Of a DNA stretch of 59,348 bases, positions 39,894 to 49,581 are shown piece by piece (position 1 is the first letter of the stretch; each line of letters starts with the position of its first letter). A program made the position numbers and the translations under genes. The DNA is taken from the NCBI GenBank assembly GCA_038131245.1, contig JAYPPA010000011.1:1-59348 (forward strand), read 5' to 3'. The notes below the pieces were generated by a model, which did not search any database, was not told the DNA's origin, and saw only the letters and a program-made list of their open reading frames with translations. This DNA comes from Rickettsia sp. (GTDB taxonomy: Bacteria > Pseudomonadota > Alphaproteobacteria > Rickettsiales > UBA1997).

Positions 39894-41334
39894 CAAATAA
39901 TTTACAAAAATAATCCCCGCGCTCCTCAAAATTACGCCACTGATCAAAGGACGCACAACCAGGAGAAAGCATTACAACAGGGTCATTAACATTAAAATTT
40001 TTAGCATCCATAAAAGATTTATTAAACGCTACTTCTAGATTAAAACATATTTCATATTTTACACCATTTTTTTTCAAAAACTTTTCTATCCTGTCAACAA
40101 AAGCTCCAACAACATAAACTTTCTTAGTTTTTTGCAAATGTTTAGCAATCACATCAAAATCAGCCCCCTTGTCATAACCACCAAATATCAAAAACACATT
40201 ATCATAAGCGTCCAAGGCAAAACTCACCGAATCCGGATTGGTAGCTTTTGAGTCATTTACAAATTTTACCCCATCTTTTTCTCCTAAAAATTGCATTCTG
40301 TGCCTAATTCCTGAAAACAACAAAGAAGAAGTCACAACCCTGTCAACAACATCTTGCGTTAAATTACCAGCCCTTTTAAAATAACACAAAACACAAGCAA
40401 CAACAATAGCATAATTCTCCTTATTATGCTCTCCAGCAATAGAACGAGTCGAAATATCATAAGTCAAATCAAAGCCAAACAATCTGACTCTTAAATTATC
40501 CCCAATAATCGAAACACAGCTATCAAAACTCTCAACTAAAGAAGTCCTAACAACCGCCAAACCAAACTTCTCAAGCAACAAATCATCATAAACACCCTTC
40601 AAAATCTCATCATCATAATTTACAATCAAAAAATCATCCTTATTACTATTATTAAAAATCCTCAATTTCGAATAAAGGTAATTCTCAAAATTACCGTGTC
40701 TTTGAATATGATCCTCAGTCACATTAGATATCGCCGCCACATTAAAACCCGTGCTTTTTAGCAAATCAAGCTGAAACGAGGAAACTTCAGTAACTAAAAC
40801 ATTATCACCATAAGTCGAATCAGCCAAATCACCACCAATATCAAAAATCGGTACACCAATATTACCAACCAAAGACGATTTCACTTCAAGATCAAGCAAA
40901 ATATAGTTAATAAACGAGCAAATTGTTGACTTTCCATTGGTTCCGGTAACTCCGATATTAAGAATTTTGCGATTTCCAGACTCATCAATAAATAACTCGT
41001 TAAACAAGTCTATATCGCAAACTAGCTGCGAATCTTCAACTATATCTAAAATAAAATGTCGATTTGGATAGTAAAGCGGTATTCCTGGAGCAAAAACAAC
41101 CTTAGAATCACCATCAATTTTACCAGCAACATCCTCAGGGCTTATAAAAACCAAAGACGCATCAAGATCAGAAAATTCTCCCTCAATTAACTTTTTCGCA
41201 GCAAAAATAGCATCCTTGCTATCATCTGTAGCAAAAATATTTTTATATCCTTGTTTCAAAAAAAACTTCAAACAAGAAACCCCAGAATTGCCAAGACCAT
41301 ACACAACTATGGAACTATATCTTGATAAATCCAT
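39880..41334 (-). CDS. murD: UDP-MurNAc-L-Ala--D-Glu ligase
   Basis: GLGNSG, GVTGTNGKST, EVSSFQL, NDSKATN and SPGCASFDQWRNFEERG. Confidence 0.97.
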   Translation of the reverse strand: MDLSRYSSIVVYGLGNSGVSCLKFFLKQGYKNIFATDDSKDAIFAAKKLIEGEFSDLDASLVFISPEDVAGKIDGDSKVVFAPGIPLYYPNRHFILDIVEDSQLVCDIDLFNELFIDESGNRKILNIGVTGTNGKSTICSFINYILLDLEVKSSLVGNIGVPIFDIGGDLADSTYGDNVLVTEVSSFQLDLLKSTGFNVAAISNVTEDHIQRHGNFENYLYSKLRIFNNSNKDDFLIVNYDDEILKGVYDDLLLEKFGLAVVRTSLVESFDSCVSIIGDNLRVRLFGFDLTYDISTRSIAGEHNKENYAIVVACVLCYFKRAGNLTQDVVDRVVTSSLLFSGIRHRMQFLGEKDGVKFVNDSKATNPDSVSFALDAYDNVFLIFGGYDKGADFDVIAKHLQKTKKVYVVGAFVDRIEKFLKKNGVKYEICFNLEVAFNKSFMDAKNFNVNDPVVMLSPGCASFDQWRNFEERGDYFCKLFDELK

Positions 41335-41340
41335 ATTCTA

Positions 41341-41736
41341 CTATTTAATTTGTTCAACCACACAATACGCAATAGCATAATCAGCCTCATCAGAAACTGA
41401 AATATGTACAACAAAATCCTCAACACCAAAATAATTCTTCAAAAAATCCCGCTTATCAGAGTTTAGCTCAACGTAAGGCTTGCCATTAGAATCATTCAAA
41501 ATAGCAACATCGTTAAAATTAACTCCTCTACCCATTCCAAGCCCTATGGCTTTAGAAAAAGCCTCTTTCCCAGCAAATCTTTTCGCCAAGTAAGAAATTT
41601 TATTTCGCCCAGGATCTTGAATCTGCGCTTTCTCGCTATTTGACAAGATTCGATCCAAAAACCTATCGCCACTGGACTTAAATAACGATCCAATCCTATC
41701 AACACTCACTATATCGGTTCCAATTCCAAGTATCAT
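41341..41736 (-). CDS. acpS: Holo-[acyl-carrier-protein] synthase
   Basis: GIGTDIV, AKRFAGKEAFSKA and GKP. Confidence 0.96.
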   Translation of the reverse strand: MILGIGTDIVSVDRIGSLFKSSGDRFLDRILSNSEKAQIQDPGRNKISYLAKRFAGKEAFSKAIGLGMGRGVNFNDVAILNDSNGKPYVELNSDKRDFLKNYFGVEDFVVHISVSDEADYAIAYCVVEQIK

Positions 41737-41763
41737 TTCTACTTTTTTACTTCCCTAATTTAA

Positions 41764-41792
41764 ATTATAACAGATAAAAAGAATTTAGGCAA
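41764..41792 (-). promoter_or_regulatory. Sigma70 promoter for acpS-murD-(giant protein)-purE
   Basis: TTGCCT-17 bp-TATAAT with extended TG on the minus strand. Confidence 0.6.
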
Positions 41793-41867
41793 GTTTTTTT
41801 GGAATATTTATTGCAAATCTAAAAAAATCTGCTAAATTAATATATAGAGATCACAATCAAAGCAAAT

Positions 41868-43400
41868 ATGAAGAAGAAAAACGCAATAATATTCACAATT
41901 GGCGAAAAAGGCACTATTTTGAGCATACATGACTCAAAATCTATCTCGAACAAAGTATTTTTTGAAGAATTTGATGATCAGGTAAAAGAATCAATAAATA
42001 AAATATTATCAAAAAATAAGACTCAAAATATCTACATAACATTTGACACACTCGATCAAAGCTTTAAAAAGAAGGATTTTCCTTCAATGAAAAAAGGGGA
42101 TTTAAAGTTATTGATAAAAAGAGAAATAGATATCGACCCAGACAAAGAATCTTTAAAAAGCTATATAATACTCAATAGCGACAACAAATCTAAAAATAAA
42201 CCTTGGGAAGTAATCTTTGTATCATTCTCAATACATAAAAACACTCAAAACCTCCTAGAATATATCTATAATTTACCAAACAGAGTGGTTGGTATATACT
42301 TACTGCCGATAGAATCAATAAGTTTAATAGACTCAATAAATTCCACAGCTGATAATAAAGATAAAAAAGACAAAATAGATTGTCTGGTCACTAAAACCAA
42401 GGTTAGTGGCATGAGGCAAACAATCTATAATAATAATCAAATATTGTTTACAAGGTTATTAGATTATGACTCTTCGGATCCAAACTTCTTAAGAAAGTAC
42501 GAAAAGGATATTTATGCTAGTTTTGAATATTTAAAGAGGATTTTTCCAGAAGCCTCAATTGCAAAATTTCATATAACTAATATATTATCAAAAAAAGCTA
42601 TTTCTCTAATATCCAAAATGAAGAATATAGAGCTAAACATGGAAAGTCACACTCCATACCAAATTGCAAAAATTATAGACAAAGATTTTTCAATTAGCGA
42701 AAATACAAAAAGCAGCGACCTTGTTTCCTCCAGATCTTTTTTCAAAAAAACCAAAGAAATATTAAAATTTAGCACGCCTCAAATTTTAAAAGCCCAAAAA
42801 ACATATCTATTAATGAAATCTAGCTATTTCTTTAATATTGCAATTCTTTTTGGGATAGGGATTTTATCAATAGGATCAATTTCAAAGATCTCAAAATCTG
42901 AAGAAATGATTAACGTTGTAAAAATTAAAAAATTAAATACTCAAAATGAACTAAATTACACAAAAAAGAAATTAGAAGAAAAAGAAGCTGAATTAAGAAA
43001 AAAATATCCACAAGCTGATATATCTGGTAACAAAATAATTGAAATTGGACAAATCAATGAATCTTTACATGAAATAGAAAATTTACCATTTAAAGAGTAT
43101 GTAAAGCTAAGCTTTCTTACTAAACATAATGTAAAAATTAAAAATGTATCTTATAAAATAGATAATTTTAAACCAGAAAATCCACAAAATAAGAAATTTG
43201 AAATTGCAATTGATGCTGAGCTAATGAACCCAAGCGGCGATGTTGATGAATTATTTGTAAAATATGATGAATTTAAATATGAACTTGAAAAAAAATATAA
43301 GAAAGACTATAAAGTTAGCATTAATGATATACCAAAAAATATTAATTTAGCCAAAAAATATCATAGTTTTACTTTAAAAATTAACATTAGCGGTAAATAA
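41868..43400 (+). CDS. Bitopic membrane protein, possible PilM/PilN (GspL-like) fusion
   Basis: Large cytoplasmic N-terminal domain, one TM near aa 320-340, then a coiled coil and a ferredoxin-like C-terminus. The assignment rests on architecture only. Confidence 0.5.
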   Translation: MKKKNAIIFTIGEKGTILSIHDSKSISNKVFFEEFDDQVKESINKILSKNKTQNIYITFDTLDQSFKKKDFPSMKKGDLKLLIKREIDIDPDKESLKSYIILNSDNKSKNKPWEVIFVSFSIHKNTQNLLEYIYNLPNRVVGIYLLPIESISLIDSINSTADNKDKKDKIDCLVTKTKVSGMRQTIYNNNQILFTRLLDYDSSDPNFLRKYEKDIYASFEYLKRIFPEASIAKFHITNILSKKAISLISKMKNIELNMESHTPYQIAKIIDKDFSISENTKSSDLVSSRSFFKKTKEILKFSTPQILKAQKTYLLMKSSYFFNIAILFGIGILSIGSISKISKSEEMINVVKIKKLNTQNELNYTKKKLEEKEAELRKKYPQADISGNKIIEIGQINESLHEIENLPFKEYVKLSFLTKHNVKIKNVSYKIDNFKPENPQNKKFEIAIDAELMNPSGDVDELFVKYDEFKYELEKKYKKDYKVSINDIPKNINLAKKYHSFTLKINISGK

Positions 43401-44023
43401 TGAAGCTAGAAAAGAATAAAAAAATCATAATAATAAATATAACGATAACGATAGTCTTAATAGCAATATTTACTGCAATATTTATATTCATTGCAAACCT
43501 AAATAGCACCTCTCTTAATAAAATTAAGCAAATAAAATTAGAAACCGTCAGTATAAGCGTCGAAAACTCTCAAAGTAATCAAAAAATACTTGATATAGAT
43601 AAATATGAAAAAGAATGGGAAAAGTTAACGGATAGAGCAAAATCGACTAAATCTCTAAAATCAAATGAAGTTAATTCAATAATAGAAACAACAGCCAAAA
43701 AATATTACATTCAAGATCTTCAGTTTGCCATGAAAATTCCGACCATTCTTTCTGGTGGAAAGTTTAAGAAAAAATCCATAGATGTTTATGCCACTTCCGT
43801 TTCAATGTCTTTTTCTGCTAGTGACGACTATCACTCCATGATGTTTTTAAAAGATTTATTTTTAACCCTTCCTGGAAATGTAATAATAGAAAATCTATCT
43901 TTAACAAAAACAAGAGTTTATAATAGCAAAGATTATATTGAAATATCAAAAAATGGAAAACTTCCAAAAATAAAAATTAGAATTAAGTTTCACTGGTACT
44001 CAAAAAAAGAATCTAAGAAATAG
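43400..44023 (+). CDS. Possible PilO/GspM-like protein
   Basis: N-terminal TM, coiled coil, then VSMSFSA...FLKDL...LPGNVIIENLSL; translationally coupled (TAATG) to the upstream gene. Confidence 0.5.
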   Translation: MKLEKNKKIIIINITITIVLIAIFTAIFIFIANLNSTSLNKIKQIKLETVSISVENSQSNQKILDIDKYEKEWEKLTDRAKSTKSLKSNEVNSIIETTAKKYYIQDLQFAMKIPTILSGGKFKKKSIDVYATSVSMSFSASDDYHSMMFLKDLFLTLPGNVIIENLSLTKTRVYNSKDYIEISKNGKLPKIKIRIKFHWYSKKESKK

Positions 44024-44270
44024 CATGAAAATCACGAATCATCGCTACTAATTTCTTGTACTTATCCATACAATCACCCCTGCCCATTATCCAGTCATAT
44101 ATTAATAAATCATCTTCCAAAATAAAATCCCTTATTAATAATAGCTCTTTATCGTCAAATTCATTAATTTTTGACTCAACAAATTTCCCTATCAAGTGAT
44201 CAGTCTCTTTACAGCCACGATGTAAGGACCTGTACAAAATTTCTTTCTTAATTTCCTTGCTTAAAATCAT
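44013..44270 (-). CDS. sdhE: Succinate dehydrogenase flavinylation factor
   Basis: YRSLHRGCKETD and DLLIYDWI. Confidence 0.9.
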   Translation of the reverse strand: MILSKEIKKEILYRSLHRGCKETDHLIGKFVESKINEFDDKELLLIRDFILEDDLLIYDWIMGRGDCMDKYKKLVAMIRDFHAIS

Positions 44271-44655
44271 TATATTTTTTTATAAGTTTCTCCATTTCGT
44301 CTCCAGTATAATGCAAAGCCTCATTGCCACACCAAACAGGATTTGGAAAAGAATGATCATTTTCATATCTAGCAATCACATGAACGTGGAATTGCTTTAC
44401 CATATTTCCCAAAGTTGCAATATTAATCTTATCCGACTTTAAGTCATTTTTTAAAAAAGCCGCTATATAATTTATTTCATCAAGTAGAATTTTCTGCGCA
44501 CCCTCATCCAAATCAAGAATCTCAACAATATCATCAATTCTTGGCACTAAAACAAACCATGTATATTTAGCATCATCCATCAGCAACAAATCACATAACT
44601 GCAAAGAATCAACCTTAACAGTGTCATTTTCTAGCTTTCCATCTAATTTAAACAT
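44248..44655 (-). CDS. HIT-family protein
   Basis: WFVLVPR, DKINIATLGNMVKQFHVHVIAR and FPNPVW. Confidence 0.9.
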   Translation of the reverse strand: MFKLDGKLENDTVKVDSLQLCDLLLMDDAKYTWFVLVPRIDDIVEILDLDEGAQKILLDEINYIAAFLKNDLKSDKINIATLGNMVKQFHVHVIARYENDHSFPNPVWCGNEALHYTGDEMEKLIKKYNDFKQGN

Positions 44656-44766
44656 ATTTTTTCATATAAATCAAGTTTTTAAATTTCAATCACATCAATC
44701 TTCTTGAATAAAAATATTATATATGTTAAAATTATACAGATTATTTTATATAAAATCAAACTTTTA

Positions 44767-46452
44767 ATGCTAAAATCTCTATCCATTCAAAATATTGTCT
44801 TAATTGACAAAGCTGATCTTGATCTAAATAATAAAACTCAAAATGGTTTATATATTTTTACTGGAGAGACCGGCTCAGGAAAATCGCTACTTCTAAACGC
44901 AATTGGCTTAATAATAGGCAAAAGATCCTCCTCAAGATATGTCTCTGACTCTTCTAAAAAAGCCACAATTTGCGCTCAATTTGACATAAAAAATAATAAA
45001 ATATGTCAAAATTTACTAGAATCTCATGATTTAACCAATGAAGAAGATCCAGGAACTGTATCAATTCGAAGAGTAATCAGCAAAGCATCTTCGAATAAAG
45101 TATACATTAATGATCAACCAATAGGAGCAACCCTACACAGCAAAATCGGACAAAGTTTAGTCGAAATACATGGTCAATTTGAAACATCAAACCTACTAAG
45201 CGAAACAAATCACCTTAACATATTAGATCAATACGCCAAAAACGAGACCCTGCTAGCAAAAATAAAAGAGGTTCATACTCAAATAAAAGAAAATCAACAA
45301 AAACTACAAGAATTTGAAGAAAAAAAAGAAAAATATATACGCGAAAAAGATTATATTCAATATGTAATAGAAGAACTTGAAAATGCGAATATCAAAGAAA
45401 ATGAAGAAGAAGAATTAATAAATAAAAAAAATTCTGCAGAAAATAAAGATTTCCTAATAAGCACACTTACTAATCTAAAAAAATATTTAGCCATAACCAA
45501 TGAAAATATATATAGTGCTCAAAATATCATTATAAAAAACCAAGATCTAATTAATAGTAGTTTTGAAAAAGAATCAGAAGATTTCAAAGAGCTAAATGAC
45601 GATCTTGATAATTCTTCAATAAAAATTGACTCAAAAATATCAACAATAAACATCCTAATTCGAGAATTACAAAGTGATGACAATAATATCAAAGAAATAG
45701 AAGAGAGACTCTTTGAGATCAAAAATCTATCACGCAAATATAATGTCAAATCAGAGCAACTAAATCAAGTAAAACAAGAATCAATAGAAAAACTTGAAGC
45801 CCTGGAAAATGAAGACGCTATAACTGAAGAAATAAAAGAGAAAATTACCAAGTTAACTAAACAATATAACGAAATTTGTGAAGAATTAAACAAAAAACGT
45901 GTTGAATTTGCAAAAAAACTTGCGCAAAATGTCGAAAATGAGCTAAAATTCCTCAAAATGGCTTCTGTTAAATTTAAAATTGATGTAATTCACGATAAAA
46001 ATCAAATTAGCGAAACCGGCAAAGATAAAATAAAATTCCTAAGCGCAATAAATAGCAACAAATTCGATTCAATAGCCAAAATAGCCTCAGGAGGAGAGCT
46101 ATCCCGCTTCATGCTCGCTCTAAAAATCTCGCTAATGAATACAAAATCAACACCAACCTTAATTTTTGATGAAATAGACACTGGAATCGGAGGAAACACC
46201 GCCAACGCAGTCGGAGACCACCTGGCAAAGCTAGCAAAAAACTTCCAAATATTCGTAGTAACCCACCAACCACAAATCGCAGCCAAGTCTGATATCCATT
46301 TTTGTATCAAAAAAGAAAAAATTAACAATAAAGTGAAAACAACTATTGAAAAATTAGAAAAAAAATGTCAATATGAAGAAGTGGCAAGAATGATTTCTGG
46401 AGAAAAAATTACCAGCGAGTCTTTGGCTGCTGCGAAAAAATTATTTAATTAA
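44767..46452 (+). CDS. recN: DNA repair protein RecN
   Basis: Start moved to MLKSLSIQN; TGETGSGKS, EIHGQ, ASGGELSR, FDEIDTG and THQPQ. Confidence 0.96.
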   Translation: MLKSLSIQNIVLIDKADLDLNNKTQNGLYIFTGETGSGKSLLLNAIGLIIGKRSSSRYVSDSSKKATICAQFDIKNNKICQNLLESHDLTNEEDPGTVSIRRVISKASSNKVYINDQPIGATLHSKIGQSLVEIHGQFETSNLLSETNHLNILDQYAKNETLLAKIKEVHTQIKENQQKLQEFEEKKEKYIREKDYIQYVIEELENANIKENEEEELINKKNSAENKDFLISTLTNLKKYLAITNENIYSAQNIIIKNQDLINSSFEKESEDFKELNDDLDNSSIKIDSKISTINILIRELQSDDNNIKEIEERLFEIKNLSRKYNVKSEQLNQVKQESIEKLEALENEDAITEEIKEKITKLTKQYNEICEELNKKRVEFAKKLAQNVENELKFLKMASVKFKIDVIHDKNQISETGKDKIKFLSAINSNKFDSIAKIASGGELSRFMLALKISLMNTKSTPTLIFDEIDTGIGGNTANAVGDHLAKLAKNFQIFVVTHQPQIAAKSDIHFCIKKEKINNKVKTTIEKLEKKCQYEEVARMISGEKITSESLAAAKKLFN

Positions 46453-46455
46453 GAA

Positions 46456-48552
46456 ATGGCGCAACAAGATAATGCATTATTAAGAAATTTCAGAAACACA
46501 ACGATCATTGGTGGATTAATCTTGTTTGTAATCCTATTTTGTTTTTACATAACAGGAACTCTTGTAGTAATCACCGTCAATAGTAGCTGGGAAGTTATCA
46601 AAGGCTATTCTGGACTAGGGATAATTGATCAATTTATTCATCTTTTTAACACCCTACTAGCCTACTGGAAATTCTATTTTTTAAATTTCTCAAAACTAAC
46701 CGTCTCAAGCTACAATTACTTTACATTAAAATTATGGGTTTTTTCTTTACTACCCTACACTACTTTAGCAATCCTAGGCTGGATATTTAGAGCTCCACTA
46801 ATGGATTGGCGGCCATTTAAAAAACCAGAATCAATCTTTGGTGATTCGCACTGGGCTACTGAAGGTGAAGTCAAAAAAATGGGTCTAAGAGCAAAACACG
46901 GTGTTCTTTTAGGTGACTACAGAAAAAAACATCTCGTTACCGATGGTTATCAACATATTTTACTATTTGCTCCGACAGGTTCTGGTAAAGGTGTGGGTTT
47001 CGTTATTCCAAACCTACTTTTCTGGCAAGAATCTGTTATCGTTCACGATATTAAACTTGAAAACTATGAATTAACATCCGGCTGGCGAAAAAAACACCTA
47101 AAACAAAAAGTTTTCCTATGGAACCCAGCTGATCCTGATGGAATATCGCATTGTTATAACCCAATGGACTGGATTAGTAAAAAACCTGGTCAAATGGTGG
47201 ATGACGTCCAAAAAATTTGTAACTTCCTTCTTCCAGAGCAAGAATTCTGGCAAAACGAAGCCCGCGCCTTGCTTACTGGAATCATGCTATATCTAGTTGC
47301 TGATGAAAACAAACCAGCAACTCTTGGTGAAGTAGTCAGAACCCTTAGAAGTGACGACGTAGTTTATAATCTAGCAGTAGTTCTTGATACAATGGGGCAA
47401 GCCATCCACCCAGTATCTTATATGAATATCGCCTCATATCTTCAAAAACCAGACAAAGAGCGCGGTTCAGTTACATCAACAGCCAACTCATCACTCGAGT
47501 TATGGGCCAACCCGCTAATTGATACTACTACGGCCACTAGTGATTTTAACTTGCATAAGTTCAAAACAGAGCCTCATACTGCTTATATTGGTTTAACGCC
47601 GGATAACATTAGTCGTCTTAAGCCCCTAATGAACATGTTTTACCAACAAGCCGCCGCCTTCTTTACCGCCAAAATGCCTCAACCACACGAAAAATTTGGT
47701 GTATTGATGATGATGGATGAGTTTCCAACTTTAGGAAAGATGGAACAATTCCAAGCCGGCATCGCCTATTTCAGGGGTTATAAAGTCAGGCTATTCATCA
47801 TTATCCAAGATACCGAACAGCTAAAAGGTATCTACGAAGAAAGCGGCATGAACTCATTCTTATCAAACTCGACCTACAGGATTACTTTCGCAGCAAACAA
47901 CATGGAAACTGCAAACTTAATTTCACAGCTTCTTGGCAATAAAACTGCTGAGCAAGTTTCCTACAACAAGCCAAAATATCTTGATCTTAACCCTGGTGCT
48001 CGTTCTCTGCACGTTTCTGGAACGCAAAGGGCGCTACTTTTACCTCAAGAAGTAATCCAACTTCCTCGTGACGAACAAATTATACTAATCGAGTCCCAGC
48101 CGCCGATAAAATGCAAGAAAATCTTCTATTACAAGGAAAAGTTCTTCACTTCAAAATTAATCGACAAAGTTGAAATTCCTAAGCAAGAACCTAATATGAC
48201 TAAAAGAGGTGAAAAATCAGATGAAGACATGAAAGATGCAAATGCTGACTCAACAGGTGGAGGATCTCCACCGCCAGATGATTACCCTAACAACAATGGA
48301 GAAATCGCAGGTCACATTGAAGGCGAAGCCCAGTACCAAGAAGAGCCAGCCGACAAAGCCCAGCCACATGATCAGCATTTTGAAAATGAAATGCCAATAC
48401 CACCAGCCCCACCACCTCCACCAAAGCAAAAACACCAAGAGCCTAAAATGCCGCCTCCTCCACCGCCGCCAACACATGACTACGACCAAAATATGCCGCC
48501 TCCACCTCCGCCACCAAAAAGACCTTTACCAACTGACCCTCAAGAAGAATAA
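46456..48552 (+). CDS. virD4: Type IV secretion coupling protein VirD4 (RvhD4-like) with a polyproline tail
   Basis: Two N-terminal TMs, FGDSHWA, Walker A APTGSGKG, HDIKLEN, Walker B MMDEFPTLG and RALLLPQEV. Confidence 0.93.
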   Translation: MAQQDNALLRNFRNTTIIGGLILFVILFCFYITGTLVVITVNSSWEVIKGYSGLGIIDQFIHLFNTLLAYWKFYFLNFSKLTVSSYNYFTLKLWVFSLLPYTTLAILGWIFRAPLMDWRPFKKPESIFGDSHWATEGEVKKMGLRAKHGVLLGDYRKKHLVTDGYQHILLFAPTGSGKGVGFVIPNLLFWQESVIVHDIKLENYELTSGWRKKHLKQKVFLWNPADPDGISHCYNPMDWISKKPGQMVDDVQKICNFLLPEQEFWQNEARALLTGIMLYLVADENKPATLGEVVRTLRSDDVVYNLAVVLDTMGQAIHPVSYMNIASYLQKPDKERGSVTSTANSSLELWANPLIDTTTATSDFNLHKFKTEPHTAYIGLTPDNISRLKPLMNMFYQQAAAFFTAKMPQPHEKFGVLMMMDEFPTLGKMEQFQAGIAYFRGYKVRLFIIIQDTEQLKGIYEESGMNSFLSNSTYRITFAANNMETANLISQLLGNKTAEQVSYNKPKYLDLNPGARSLHVSGTQRALLLPQEVIQLPRDEQIILIESQPPIKCKKIFYYKEKFFTSKLIDKVEIPKQEPNMTKRGEKSDEDMKDANADSTGGGSPPPDDYPNNNGEIAGHIEGEAQYQEEPADKAQPHDQHFENEMPIPPAPPPPPKQKHQEPKMPPPPPPPTHDYDQNMPPPPPPPKRPLPTDPQEE

Positions 48553-48560
48553 GCAAAAAC

Positions 48561-49433
48561 ATGAAAAAAGCAGCAGTAATCGGATTTCCAATCAACCACT
48601 CTTTATCGCCAATTTTACACAATTTTTTGCTAAAAAAATACCAAATTGAAGGCTCCTATGAAGCAATATCAATAGAACCAACGCAGCTCGAAAATCAACT
48701 CGACGAACTGCTATTTACCCAAAACTACCAAGGATTAAATGTCACAATCCCATTTAAAGAGCAAATATTCAAGATCTTTCAAGAAAGAGACTATAAAATC
48801 ACCCAAAAAGCCAACTCAATAGGCGCAATAAACACTATATATAAGGAAAATAATCAAATAATTGGCTCAAACTCTGATATTTATGGCTTTGAAAAAAACC
48901 TTCTGAGCAATTCTCACGGCAAGCTAAAAACCGATTCAGCCCTAATTATCGGAGCCGGAGGCGCAGCAGCAGCCACCTTATACAGCCTCTCCACTATTTT
49001 TAGTACTATATATATAGTGAACAGAACTCCTCAAAAAGCCATAAATTTAGCAAAAACCATCAAAAATTCATTAAAAAACCACCAAAATACCGCAAAAATC
49101 GAAATTATTGATAAATTATCCCCAAAAATAGCCGAAAACCTCAATTTAGTGGTAAATACCACCTCAATTGGCATGAAAAGCAACAATTTTGAGCATTTTA
49201 TCGACATAAATCACATAAATAACGACTGCTTTATCTATGATTTAGTCTATAATCCACTACATACCGACCTTCTAATCAAGGCCAAAAATGCTGGAAAGCC
49301 AATAATAACAGGTATAGGAATGCTTATCTATCAAGCATTTGAAGGCTTTGAGAAATGGTTTGGCATAAAACCAGATCTAACCAAAGAGGAATTCGAAGAA
49401 TTAACAAAAGAACTAATTTTACACATAAAATAA
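48561..49433 (+). CDS. aroE: Shikimate dehydrogenase
   Basis: HSLSP, NVTIPFK, GAINT, GAGGAA, YDLVYNP and GMLIYQA. Confidence 0.96.
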   Translation: MKKAAVIGFPINHSLSPILHNFLLKKYQIEGSYEAISIEPTQLENQLDELLFTQNYQGLNVTIPFKEQIFKIFQERDYKITQKANSIGAINTIYKENNQIIGSNSDIYGFEKNLLSNSHGKLKTDSALIIGAGGAAAATLYSLSTIFSTIYIVNRTPQKAINLAKTIKNSLKNHQNTAKIEIIDKLSPKIAENLNLVVNTTSIGMKSNNFEHFIDINHINNDCFIYDLVYNPLHTDLLIKAKNAGKPIITGIGMLIYQAFEGFEKWFGIKPDLTKEEFEELTKELILHIK

Positions 49434-49436
49434 TTC

Positions 49437-49465
49437 TTGACATTCTTCTTTTAATGTTGTATAAT
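49437..49465 (+). promoter_or_regulatory. Consensus sigma70 promoter for nusA-infB
   Basis: TTGACA (49437-42), 17 bp, TATAAT (49460-65). Confidence 0.8.
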
Positions 49466-49581
49466 GTATATATCTTAGGAAATCCCCTAAAAAGTTCACC
49501 TAAAGACCGGTTAAAAAACGAAAAGGCTTTAGGGTAAGATCCTAGGCAAAATGTAATAAATAACAATAAATATAACTAAAA

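Noticed and set aside
39894-39956. N-terminal extension of the giant ORF
   Set aside because: It lies deep within conserved murD sequence; ATG 39893, near the murD stop, is more plausible.
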